Assembly: GCA_905178155.1 (NCBI GenBank)
Contig: CAJINV010000006.1
Coordinates: 1,861,876-1,925,875, forward strand
Direction of reading: 5' to 3'
Source of the DNA: Amoebophrya sp. A120
Taxonomy: Eukaryota > Protista > Dinoflagellata
DNA: 64,000 nt
The notes under the pieces are model-generated. The model ran no database searches, was not told where the DNA came from, and worked only from the letters and a program-made list of their open reading frames with translations. The position numbers and the translations under genes are program-made. Below, in pieces: positions 11,823-23,000 of the stretch. The first letter of the stretch is position 1. Each line of letters begins with the position of its first letter.

Positions 11823-14274
11823 GCGGAGTCACAACCCCCGAAGATGCCGGACCGACGACCACCAACGCCGACCTCTTGCCGTCCCCGCAGGGCAAGACGT
11901 GTGTATGAATTGCAAAAGTAGTATCGCGCTTCTTCTAGTGAAAATTGCATTACAGATTAGCTTGGCATGATGACAAATTGAATGCGTCGTAGTGATGGCT
12001 AGTAGCATTTTGGGGAGGAGATTTTTCGTGATCATGCATGACTGCGATTAGTTTGAGAAGTACGGGTGCGAAGATATTACTTTTGCGCAGAATACTAGTG
12101 TGCGCCGGACCCCTCTGCAGCCACGCTCCTAAAGATCAAGTATCATAGAGAAAAGCACACCTATGTTACCAGAAAAAGAGTGAATTTGTAGTTGTGCTGA
12201 TGCTACTCTAATGGCACAAAAAACTTGGGGATCATACTGGTCCGCAGGCAATATTCATGCCTGTCATGATGTAGAATGAGGTACCGCGCAGACATGCATT
12301 CGGATTTGCGATGCTGAACAGTAGACATCACAAGCAGCTTACATAGAAAATTTGCATTGCAATTATTTTTTGGCCTGGTATGAGTGTGCTTTTCTGTCGT
12401 AAGATAACAAGAACGGGCCGACGACGATTGACAAACCCGTGCCGACGGGACCCGAGGTGAAGGGCTACTCGAAGCGCGCCGGCAAGCGGAAGCAGGTGGT
12501 CATGCACCGCTACAAAAAGCTGGAGCTGCGCTACACCTGCCAGTTGCGGATGAACAAGAAGACCAAGTTGGGCGCCGCCACGGCGGCCGCCGGGGCGCAG
12601 ATGTTCGGGGTTCCGTCGTTGGTGGGTAATGGCGTGCAGGCTGTCCGTACTTCGCAGTCCACCTCGCAGAATTTGCTGAAGCAGAAGGCGGCGCGCCTGG
12701 GCAAGGACGAGCCCGCGGGGGATGGAAAGAACGCTGCCGCCGCTGCTGACTCGTCCGCGCCTGCTTCGTCCGACGCTGCGGAAGCGTCTGGCGAACATGC
12801 TGGGGACTTTGCTGTCACGGCAGCTGGCGACCAGCGTTCTGACGCTACGGCCGGTCTGAGTGAGGCTGGTCCGCCTGGGGTGATGAAAAAAACGGCGTTT
12901 CTGGCGAAGACGGGCACCGGTCGTGTGCAGCAGGAGAAAAAGGTCTGGCCGTGGAGTCGCGAGCGCTTGCCTGCGCGTACATTTTTTCTTCGGCAATTTT
13001 GCAGAAAATTGGCTTCAAGTACTGGATACATTCGTAGTTATTGCTAATTCATCTTTTTCGTTCGTTATCGTTTGAATTCTCCGCTCATGTGGGGTGAGGC
13101 GATGTGGCCCGTTGGTCAAAGACAGCTGAGGGCCTTGGACTACGAGGCCCAAGGTGTGTGGTGATATGAGCGCACTTTTTCCGAATCAAAATACAGGTTG
13201 CACCGACTCAGCCTGGGACGATTTCAAGCGCTTTACTTGTGACAAGGTTGCGCGCACACTGGGCGACGCGAGGAAAGAAGCGGAGCGAGCCAGCGGAGCG
13301 AGGAAAGAAGCGGACGCGATTGAACAACTTGTGTATTTGCTTCTCAGTGGCAATTTGTTTGAAACGCTATTTCTCATAGATCAAAATGCAAAAATGAACA
13401 GGATGATAAGGAAAAGCCAAGAAGCCGATCGAGCAAGGAAAAGGACCAAAATACCACGAAAAGCAAGCAAATTCTTGCCACGATCGAAAGGAAAAGAAAA
13501 AAAAGACGAAGAGAAGAAGGAAAAGCAAGGAAATTAGGTCTGATTTCTTGTGAATCCGCATGAAAAACTGGCTTTCTTACTACTTTCAAGGAGCTGAGCC
13601 ACGGCTACGGGCTTGTTAGGAATGTGAAAATAGCATTAGAAACTGGAAAAACTAGATTTGGAGTAAGGAATTTGCAATGCGAATTTGAAGAATTGAGGAT
13701 GTAGTTTTAGATGGTGTTCACTTTTGATTCGGTATTGTTGCTTCTGAAAAAATAACCTCTCCATTTCGAAACTAGATCCTTCAAACTGCGGGCCGGGATC
13801 GCGCTTGCACCGACGCGCGAGATTGAAGAGGCGCTCGCTGACGCGGATGAAGTGGCGCAGGCCAACACCTCCAAGGCCAAAGCCACATGGATCAAGTCGA
13901 CGTTTTCGGAGGCCGAGAAGTGGAAGTGGCACGCCGACGCCCTCCAGATGCGTCGCGAGGAGTATGCACTCGATGCCGAGACATTTCCTGGTGAAGGCAC
14001 CCCGTGTAGTGGCTCCAAGCTCGGGAAAAAATTCGATCGACTGTTCGCCCTGTCGAAAAACGAAGGCGAGAAGTTCACTAAGGGATGGCATTGGGGGCTG
14101 ATTCGAGACGTCGATTTCGCTGCGGCTTCCATGGCATGTGAAATTGTCAACAGTCCGGACTGCCAACCCAAAACGACGGTCGATCTTTCTGTCCAGAAAG
14201 ACGCTCAATCTTTCTGTGCCCAGAACCGTGGTTTCGGTCTTCGCGCAAGGCTTGGCGCAAAGATGTCCCGCTGA
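11823..14274 (+). CDS. Hypothetical multi-exon protein (5' end and middle exons unresolved)
   Basis: Frame ...PQGKTCAPDPSAATLLKIKNGPTTIDKPVPTGPEVKGYSKRAGKRKQVV... is restored across two introners. A GC-rich coding-like exon at ~13780-14274 ends in TGA. The links between exons are not established. Confidence 0.4.
11904..12097. mobile_element. Introner, family B (degenerate)
   Basis: DR gtgtg/gtgtg; right end has extra bases. Confidence 0.7.
12141..12406. mobile_element. Introner, singleton family J (inner TIR agaaaagcacac)
   Basis: DR tcaag/acaag; right end gtgtgcttttct...gata. Confidence 0.78.
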
Positions 14275-16009
14275 AGAAACCGCAAGCGGTCTTGATGGTT
14301 GAAAAATAAGTAATTACAACCAGCCTCAGCCTCCAGCGGCCCAGTCGGGGTCCAGAGCTGAGAAAGGAGGTTCATTCCCTGCCCCGAAAAATACACGCCA
14401 CGCGATGAAAGCATTTGCCAGTAGTGCTTCGGAATATACGATAAAATATGATGATGTGCGCGCGATTATACATTCTATTTCTATCTTGGTTTGCCCTGAA
14501 GTGTGGCTCTTATATCGAAGCAGCCGTAGCGGTAGAAGTAGCTGCTGCGCACGCCATGAAAATTCTCCTTGTCCACTTGCGCTAAAGGGAAAGCGGCTGT
14601 TATCGTTTTCACAATCACAGAACCTGGAGTAAGAAGAAGCAGGGCTACACCAATGTAGATTTTCATCTTCATCGTTTTGTTTTGCGAACTATGTATTACG
14701 CAGCTATCAATTTTTTATGACAATTCCATCTCCAAGGCCAAGAACTATCTGTCATTTTGTCTAGCGTAACACTTGTTTTCAGTTTGAGCAATCTTCTTAT
14801 ACAGTTGTTTTGTACCTGTTGTACACTTCCACCGCACCTTGCTTCTTCACCACCACCAACGAACAGCTACCTTACATTATTTCTTTCGTGAGCTACCTTA
14901 CATTATTTCTGTTCGGGCACGTCCAGACGCGGCTTCACCTTTAGCGCAACTGATGTACTAACGGATTTTAGCCCTGTTAAACTACTTGACTATAACCAAG
15001 CATTTTTTATCATGATAAATAACGAACGACACAGGAACACCAGAACAGCTAAAAAGCGCAAGCGCTCTCATATCTGACGTTCCGAACTTCTAATCTTGTC
15101 GTATGCCTTTGTCTCACCTAAAATAAACAAGAACGACTCGAATGTGAGGACTATTTCGTGGCGTTGCAGCAAAGTAGAGAGCCATGGGACAGCACAGCTT
15201 CGAACCACAGGCGAAGGGAAGTAGTTAAGTCGGTTGTGGTGGGTTTATTTCATCAATATCTTCGTCTTCCTACTTTCCTGCCAACTGGAATTCCGCACTT
15301 GTGAGCCGCGACGAGGTAACTCACCTTTGTCGTGTCTGTGCAAAAATTGTCACGAAAGATGAGATTTTTCACGCCGCGAGCCAATCTTCAAAGACCGAAG
15401 GAGGAAGGCCTCGGCCGAAGGGTTTTCGACTTGTTTGTGTCGATGAAATGATAACGAGAAATCGCTCGATTTCTTGTTCCTCAGGGATAAATAACTTGGG
15501 TTTCGAAGAGAGTTTCGGGTGCAGGGCGCTTCTGCGTCTGTCATTTTCGTCGATTGTCTTGGCTTTTACTGTCACTTCTTACTTCGGCTTGTGATCTCTG
15601 ATCGCCTCCACTACAGTTGTGCAACCTACTTCAGTTGTGCTGAATAAGATCCATACGAGCGTGAAAAATTCGTAAACAGTCTTACTCCTTCGAGTGCTTC
15701 TCGTCGAAAAAAATCTGAATCGGCTTGCGCACCATCTCTATCGGCTTCTGCGACAATCGATTTCCTTTTTTATCGGTTATGTGCGAGGATCTGTATATCG
15801 TTTATTCTCCGTTGTTGCTCCAATCGGTGTGTGTTTATTTTTCGTGATGTTTTTTGCTTGCAAAGTTTTTTTTTCGAAGACGAGGACCGCCTTGACGAGG
15901 TCAGCCTTGCCGAGTATCGGAGGTTGATCTGGAGCAGCAAGATCTTTCTTCAGCTTGTCTGTAGTCATAGTCTTGAGGTGACCATTTGGCGTTGGGCCTG
16001 TAATTATTA

Positions 16010-16440
16010 TTATTATCCCCCCACTGGATAAGCACGACTTCCAGGCAAAGATCTAACATTTTTGTCACAGACGTCTCGACTGGTCCCACTCTGTTTATGA
16101 ATATCGATAATGATTTATGTACTCTGGTAACTTGAAAATCTCGCTCTTCTTCCTTTTTAAACCTCTCGCCTGGTCCGCCTGTGAAACTGAAGATCTGAGC
16201 TTAATCATTATCCCCCCACTGGGTACGCAAATACGCTTGCAGATCTAAGTATATACTTTCTCGCACGTCTCGACTTGTCCCCACCTGTATACGAATAAGA
16301 ACGTCAATTCCTGTACCTAAGCAACCTGAAAGCTCTCGCTTTGCCTTGGTTCTATCCTTCTCGCCTGGTCCGCCTGTAAAACTGACGATCTCGATTTTTG
16401 TATATGATCTGTATTATTAACTCCCCGACCTGTATGCGCG
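16010..16440. repeat. Degenerate ~195-bp tandem repeat (just over 2 copies)
   Basis: Blocks attatccccccactgg, cgtctcgact and ctcgcctggtccgcctgt each recur about 195-200 bp apart. Confidence 0.75.
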
Positions 16441-16647
16441 ATTTCGATTTTCTACACTAAGCGAGCTTGAGACAAATCACTTCTGGTAACGCCGAAAACT
16501 CCCCACGCTTTCGTGATTTCAAATGCAGTTTTGACAGGGATTGAAGTCAAATACGTCGTCGCCTCGCGCGTTTCGACCATTTCGCAGACTGTAAGTAGTG
16601 CCGCTCGAGTCTGTCTCGTCTCCGCTGTTCTCCATCTTGGTTTGTTG

Positions 16648-16817
16648 ATACAGATTTTCTGAGTGCCTCTGGATGCCTATTCCGCATGACAAATGTCCTC
16701 CCCGCGTAGCAGAAACTGGGCTCCTCTTGCTGGTCATGCAATACAGATTTTTCTAGAATCCAAAATTAGCATGACAAACTTGCATTCTTCCAGACTCAGA
16801 CATTTTTACATTTGATA
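16648..16817. mobile_element. Truncated family A introner (right half only)
   Basis: Ends ttccagactcagacatttttacatttgata; no left TIR. Confidence 0.8.
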
Positions 16818-16856
16818 AATTTACTTCGCGCACGATTTTTGTTTACAGTTTACAAC

Positions 16857-17118
16857 TATCAAATGCAAAAATGTCTGGGTCTGGAACTTTGCTAGACTTG
16901 TCACGCAGGTTTTCCATGACCCATCTGATCTGTAATGGAGTGCCTAGCATGACAGATTCCATGAGATCACTATCATGCCTATCCTGCATGACAAACTGCC
17001 TCTTAACTTGATCAAAAGTGGACAGCATTTGGCAATCATGCAACACAGATTTTTGCATGATTCTGATTTAGCATGACAAGTTCCAACCTTCCAGACCCAG
17101 ACATTTTTGCAATCCATA
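16857..17118. mobile_element. Introner, family A
   Basis: DR acaac/acaac. Confidence 0.9.
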
Positions 17119-17206
17119 ACAACGATATTAAGACGATGATTCACGATCGGGGAAGTTTTCCTGAGCCTACGCACTGTTTTGACGAAAATTTGTCTTTCTG
17201 GGTTTG

Positions 17207-17427
17207 TATCAAATGCAAAAGCTGTGTCTGGGTCTGGAAGACATTAAAGATTTTTGCTAGGTTTGTCATGCGTATTTTGTGTGACCGTGATGCCTAATTT
17301 GTATTTGCATGACCTAGTAGCTGCGTCACAGCATGTATATACAATTTTATTGTAAAATGCGAACACAGCATCGGCATCGCAAGTTGTATTGCCCTTCCAG
17401 CAGACACAGACATATTTGCAGTGCATA
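17207..17427. mobile_element. Introner, family A (degenerate)
   Basis: TIRs present; DR poor (gtttg/gggtg). Confidence 0.75.
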
Positions 17428-19101
17428 GGGTGAGAAAAGCGGAAGCAGGTACGACACTGCAATCGAGGGCCTGCGGTTCCACACCAAAGGTTCTCGCGCA
17501 GCAGCAAAAATAGCGACATCTACGCAGCGGCAGAAGCAAGTTCCGCAGCTTTTCAAGCCCAGTATAGAGCAGTACCCCCACAGTATTTTTACAACAGATT
17601 TTTATACGAACAAGATCAAGAACCCACTCATGTTTTATTTTCCCTTTCTCCTCGGTGCAGCAGATCCATATCATACTAAAAATCCCGCAGGTGGTGGAGG
17701 CCCGTATTTCTATATTTCCTGTAGAGATCATCCGGCCCCTAAAAGCTCTTTGAATTTCGATCATCGTATCAATTTCAACATCTTCAAGTTCCTGCGCTCA
17801 CTGTATTATATGGATTTATCTTCATGAGCAACGACATCACTCAAAGTTCTTCCGCCTAATAAAGTGGTTTATTTCCTTTGTGTGTATGAATAATTATGTT
17901 GCAACTACAAAAAAGAGGTATTTCTATTTCTTGACGTGCCAACATGTATCACCCTGCGCGACTAAGAGTAAGAAGGATGAGGGACAGCTTTTTCTACGCA
18001 GGAATCGAATCCTGATGAAGCACAAGAGCGTGGTGATATAATTGGTAGGTACAAGTAGAAGTCGGCACAGAGAGTCATTAAGTTTGGAAGTTGAAGACAA
18101 CTATAGATTGCGCTGTGGTCTTACTTCATATTGAAAGCAAACCAAAAATCTTCCCCGGCGGGAGGACCGCGGGTGTGGTCAGCGGCAGATGCAGGCTCGG
18201 TTAAGTGATGTTGTTTTGTTCAACCCATTGGATTGGCTGCATGATTGGAGTCCGGTTGTCATTATCCAGCGTGCTACAACATCTATCTGACACAATTCTG
18301 TAATGCGGTTCCGAGGTGGCTCCTGGTCCTGTGAATAGAAAAATTAGCAAGAACTCGCTTTCTTCCTCAAAGTAAAGCTACGAAAGTTCCTGTTAAGGAG
18401 ATTCGTAGTAAATCTTTTTCTCGTACGTACTCCACCATGAATGCCGTTTAATATACGTTTTTCTTTTTCCTCGTCCTCGTCCTCATCGTGGCAACGTAGA
18501 AAGAGCAGAAATAACGAGAACATAGTACGTACCACTCGGTCGATCGTGCAACCACATGAAGGACGACGTCGTGGTCCTGTGAGCAACAAGTTGTAATTTT
18601 TACAAGCGCAAGGAAATAATATAAACAAGTACAACCCGCGGCCAAGCAGAATAGTAATTTTGACAATTAAGTATTGTAAGTATCTCTTTATTCAATCATT
18701 TCGGTTCGTTCTCGTGCTGGCTTGCTTCGTCCGGTTCACATTTCGATTTCGTTATGGTTTCATTAAACTCCTGAGGTAATTTTTATCAGTTCCTCGGTTC
18801 TTCTAAATCTGCAACACAAGTTTCCAGATGGTAAATCTGCAACACAAGTGCCTCGTCCTCGGTTCTTCTCCAAGGTGGTAAATCTGCAGCACAAGTTTCC
18901 AAGTTTTAGATGATGCGCATGACAAGTTTCCATCTGCAGCGCAGTGCTGGTTAGAAAGGGAAGCCGCATGAGAAAGCACTACCAGAAACACGACTGGAAA
19001 CGACCGTCATGGAGATTGGCACTGCAAATCTTCCTGTCATGACGGATTTGCATGACAACTAGGGCCTGCGGTTCCAGACCAGCAAAGGTTCTCGCGCAGC
19101 A

Positions 19102-19296
19102 TATCCTGTGCAAAAGTATCGTACTCGTAAGTAATTGCAATCATGCATTGCAAATCTTTCTGTTAAGGGAAATCCGCATCACAAATTTTATTTCTCACGC
19201 TGAGGAAATTTGTAGTCCTCTGCTCGGCTTCAACATTGACGCAGTGCAAAAGTATCGTTATCGTACTCGTACTAATTGCGTTTGTGCATTACAAAC
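19102..19296. mobile_element. Two tandem left-end fragments of family B introners
   Basis: tatcctgtgcaaaagtatcgtactcgta at 19102 and gtgcaaaagtatcg at 19244; no right TIR. Confidence 0.75.
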
Positions 19297-20048
19297 TCTT
19301 TATTCATTCTCGGTTCGTTCTCGTGCTGGCTTGCTTCGTCCGGTTCACATTTCGATTTCGTCCAGGCAAACTGCAATATAAAAACCTCGGTGCCTCATGC
19401 TGGTATTGAAAATACCGACGTTTCGATGATGTCAGAATTCGTTGTACTAATTTGCGTCGGTATTCGTACTTGTCGTCCTCTTCATTTGCCCCTCCTCGTG
19501 GTCCTATCTTTGAAGATTTCAATCAATACTACTTACTTCTACTGGACGACCGCACTAGCAACATCGCAGCTATAATTTCATCATACCTTACTTTCAACAG
19601 GAACGGTTCTTGCGAGAAGTGCCGTCGTGGTGCTACTTTGATGTGGCCCGACGTTCGATTCGCATAGCATGACCCAAATCCTCACTAATTTCCATTTAAT
19701 ATCAACAACCCTTTATTACGCCGTTCAACACATTCACATTCCGATTTCCTCCAAGGACAAACAATTTTAGCTAACAACCTGAATTTGATGTTCCCCAAAG
19801 TAATTCTTGTAGCGAGAACTCTAAATATTTAGCACGCAAGTGTAAGCAGTTGTACTAGGAGGTCAAAAGCGCTACTCTGTGTAGTAGTTTTTTTAGTGCT
19901 TCTTTTACATACTGCTTTGGCATTGCAACTGGACTGCCACGCTAGAAGTAGAAAAATCCCAGATACTATTTTCACCCCCGAAAAGATCTTTAAGCGGAAC
20001 AAGTTCACCCACAACTGCTAGTGTAAATCAGCCTGAAGAACGTCGAAG

Positions 20049-23000
20049 ATGCAAGACGGCCGCCTTCCCCCCTCGTCGACGACCTACTCGTATCAACGGC
20101 AAAAGTGTCTGGGTCTGGAAGAATGCAACTTTGTCATGCTTGTCTGGCATGACTCGAGAGTCTGTGTTGCATAGGCACGAAAAGGCCCTTTACTTACCTG
20201 TCATGCACGAACCAACGCAGTTTGCCATGCGGAATACGTAAGACATGGCAGCCAAAAAATTTGTCATGCGTAGCTGCGTATTGCTGTGCGTCTATCATTC
20301 ACTTTTAGCACTACAAGTTTCCAGACATCCAGGGATATTTGCAATCCATAACTCGCAGCCACGGTCCGAGCGGTCGGAACGCGCCCCGCGGTCAAACGCC
20401 AGCCGCGGGAACTCGCGGCAGACCTTATCAAATGTAAAAATGTCTGGGTCTGGAAGAATGCAACTTGTGATGCTGCATTTGGATTCCAGAAAAATCTGTA
20501 TTGCATGAGTACCAAAGGGAAGGCAATTTTTGCTCCGCTGAGAAGGCATTTGTCATGCGGAATAGGCATCGGGAAGCCCTCAGCAAATCTGTATTGCTAG
20601 GGTATGCATCACAGACATCATGGCTCATGCAAAACGTGCATGACAAGTGTCCGAATCTTCCAGACCCAGACCTTTTTACAGTTGATAGACCTCGGACGCG
20701 GGCGACAGCTACGCCCCGACGCGGCGTTTGGCGCCGGCCGGAAGCCGGGGATATGGCGTTCTCAAATGTTACAGTCTCACCTGTTACGTGATTTTGCATG
20801 CAAAATTACCTTAAGGCGCCAGATGGTCAAGCTGCTTCGCATGACAAATCTGCGAAGGGCTAGGCAGCACCTCAATCTGTGCGGAATTTGTAATGCAAAA
20901 GACGCAACTTTTCCCCATCTCAATTTTCATTTTGCCACTCTTGCATCACAAATTCACGTAACAGTTGAGAGTGTAACAGTTGAGAGCGCGACAGGGGACG
21001 AAGCGGCAACCCAAGTAGCGGGAAGGACAAGGAGTCGAAGCGCGCCGGCCTGCTACCCGAGAACGCAGCCATCATGTTCAACACGAACCAGAGGGAAAAC
21101 TTGAACCGTATTTCTGAATCCTACCACCACAACCAATCGCCGAACGACCGACGCATGCTGAACCAGGTCGAGGAGCACGTGGAAAGCCGGTTGCAGTTTG
21201 AAAAAGACCAGCATTTGAAGGAGAAGGAGAGACTATCATAAGGGAAAATCCCCCTCCCTCTATCGAGAAGGAAATTTGTGATGCTGATTTGTGACCACGA
21301 ATCAGCTCTGTTTTGCATATGGGGCAAATGGGAGCCGTTTGACGCATTGTTTCGCAGCCAATCTGTGATGCGCTTTATTTCCATACTGCAAAGGTGAAAG
21401 GTCTCTGCCATGCCTAACTGCTAGCCTGTTGCATACTCAATAAGGCATAGGAAGTGCCTCCAAGCGCCTTGTGCAAAAATACATAGCGCTGATTTCATCG
21501 TGTGTACAGTAATCCAGCAACAGAAATGTCCTGTTTTCTATGGGGCGGTGGGGGCTTTTTTTACTTTGATAGAGACTGAACCGGAAAATCCAAAACCTCC
21601 AGTTTAACCTCTCCACCGCGAGTATGGGGGTGTCAGGATCGAAATCGTCAAAATTGTCATGCACAAAATGCAACTCGAAGATTGCCTCTATTGCAGAGGA
21701 CGCACGGGAGGCAGATTGTAGTGCTGGTAAGCAGGGTCGCGAATTCTTGGGCTGCTCTTTAGCATGACAGAGGGGAGCCCAGTTGCCCTAAAGAAACTGC
21801 GTGACAGACTTGCTTTACAGACAGACAAAATCTGTGGTAGTGCGCCGCCTATAAACTGTGGGCGTCTAGTAAGTCTCACTGATAGCGGTTTTATGCATAT
21901 TTATACAAATCATTTCAACTTTGTCGATTTCGATCCTGACTTTTCCATAGCGAAAAACCAGATGGGCGGCCTGCTAACGGATATGCAGACCATCGTGCCC
22001 AACATCACCAGCGAGGAATCGCGCATTTTGCTGGACTACTTTAGCTATCAAATGCAAAAATGTCTGGGTCTGGAAACTTGTGATGCTGGTTGGCGAATCC
22101 TGAGGACGCCATAAGTGACGGCTCAGCATGACAAGTTTCTGACTTGCTAGGCGTTGCGTATTCTGCATGACAGACCGCGTTTCGGCATGACAGAAAAGTG
22201 CCGCTTTTGGGTAACGAGCATGACAGACCTTGGGGTCATGCTAGCAGAGCATGACAAACCTTCCATTCTTCCAGACCCAGACACTTTTGCAATCCATATT
22301 AGCAAGAAACTGGGCGACCAGGTACGTACAAATAAACGTAAAAGTGTAGACACAAAAAATAAATCGACACCTACTACTACTTATTCTAATTCATTAGCAC
22401 TAATAAAAGGAATATCACACGACCGAGGCCTGCGGCGTTTGTTCAACAAGAACAAGTTCAACTTCTCTACTACATCTACAACGTGTAGAGGTACTAGAAG
22501 AGGTTTTATAGCTACTTACAACTACCGAAGGAGCTTGAAAGGTTGTAGAGATGAAAAGAAGTTGAACATCAAGTTCTCCTCGTGCTTCATTATCATTGAT
22601 TTCGTTGAAGCATGGTGTCATCCTTCCGAATTGCTTCTATAATCCTGTGTGCTGCTGAGTTGCTATTAAGCCAATGCTCTGTAGTTCCTCCTGCCCTACA
22701 AAATTGTGTTGAAACCGAACGTATGAGAAGTGAAGGGAAAATGAAACAATAAACGCTCAACTTTTCATATTTTCAGCTCGAGGAAGTCCCCGATGGGGAC
22801 CAGACGCAGGCCGGCCTCACGGCTTCCCCCGCCGCGAATTCTTCTCGGCTGAACAACGGCATATCCATCGCAAAACAAGTTGTATCTAGCATAAAGCGCA
22901 TGACAAATTTTCTCAGCATGAGAGGTGGCATTTGTGATGCGGATTTGGATTTGCCTTTGACGAGAAGATTTGTAATGCATAAACGGGATGCTAGTACGAC

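Larger units (their letters stand above)
16818..17513 (+). pseudogene. Gene fragment with introners; upstream introner truncated
   Basis: Frame NLLRARFLFTVYNDIKTMIHDRGSFPEPTHCFDENLSFWV is restored across 16857-17118. The preceding element (16648-16817) lacks its left half, and the frame stops soon after 17427. Confidence 0.35.
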
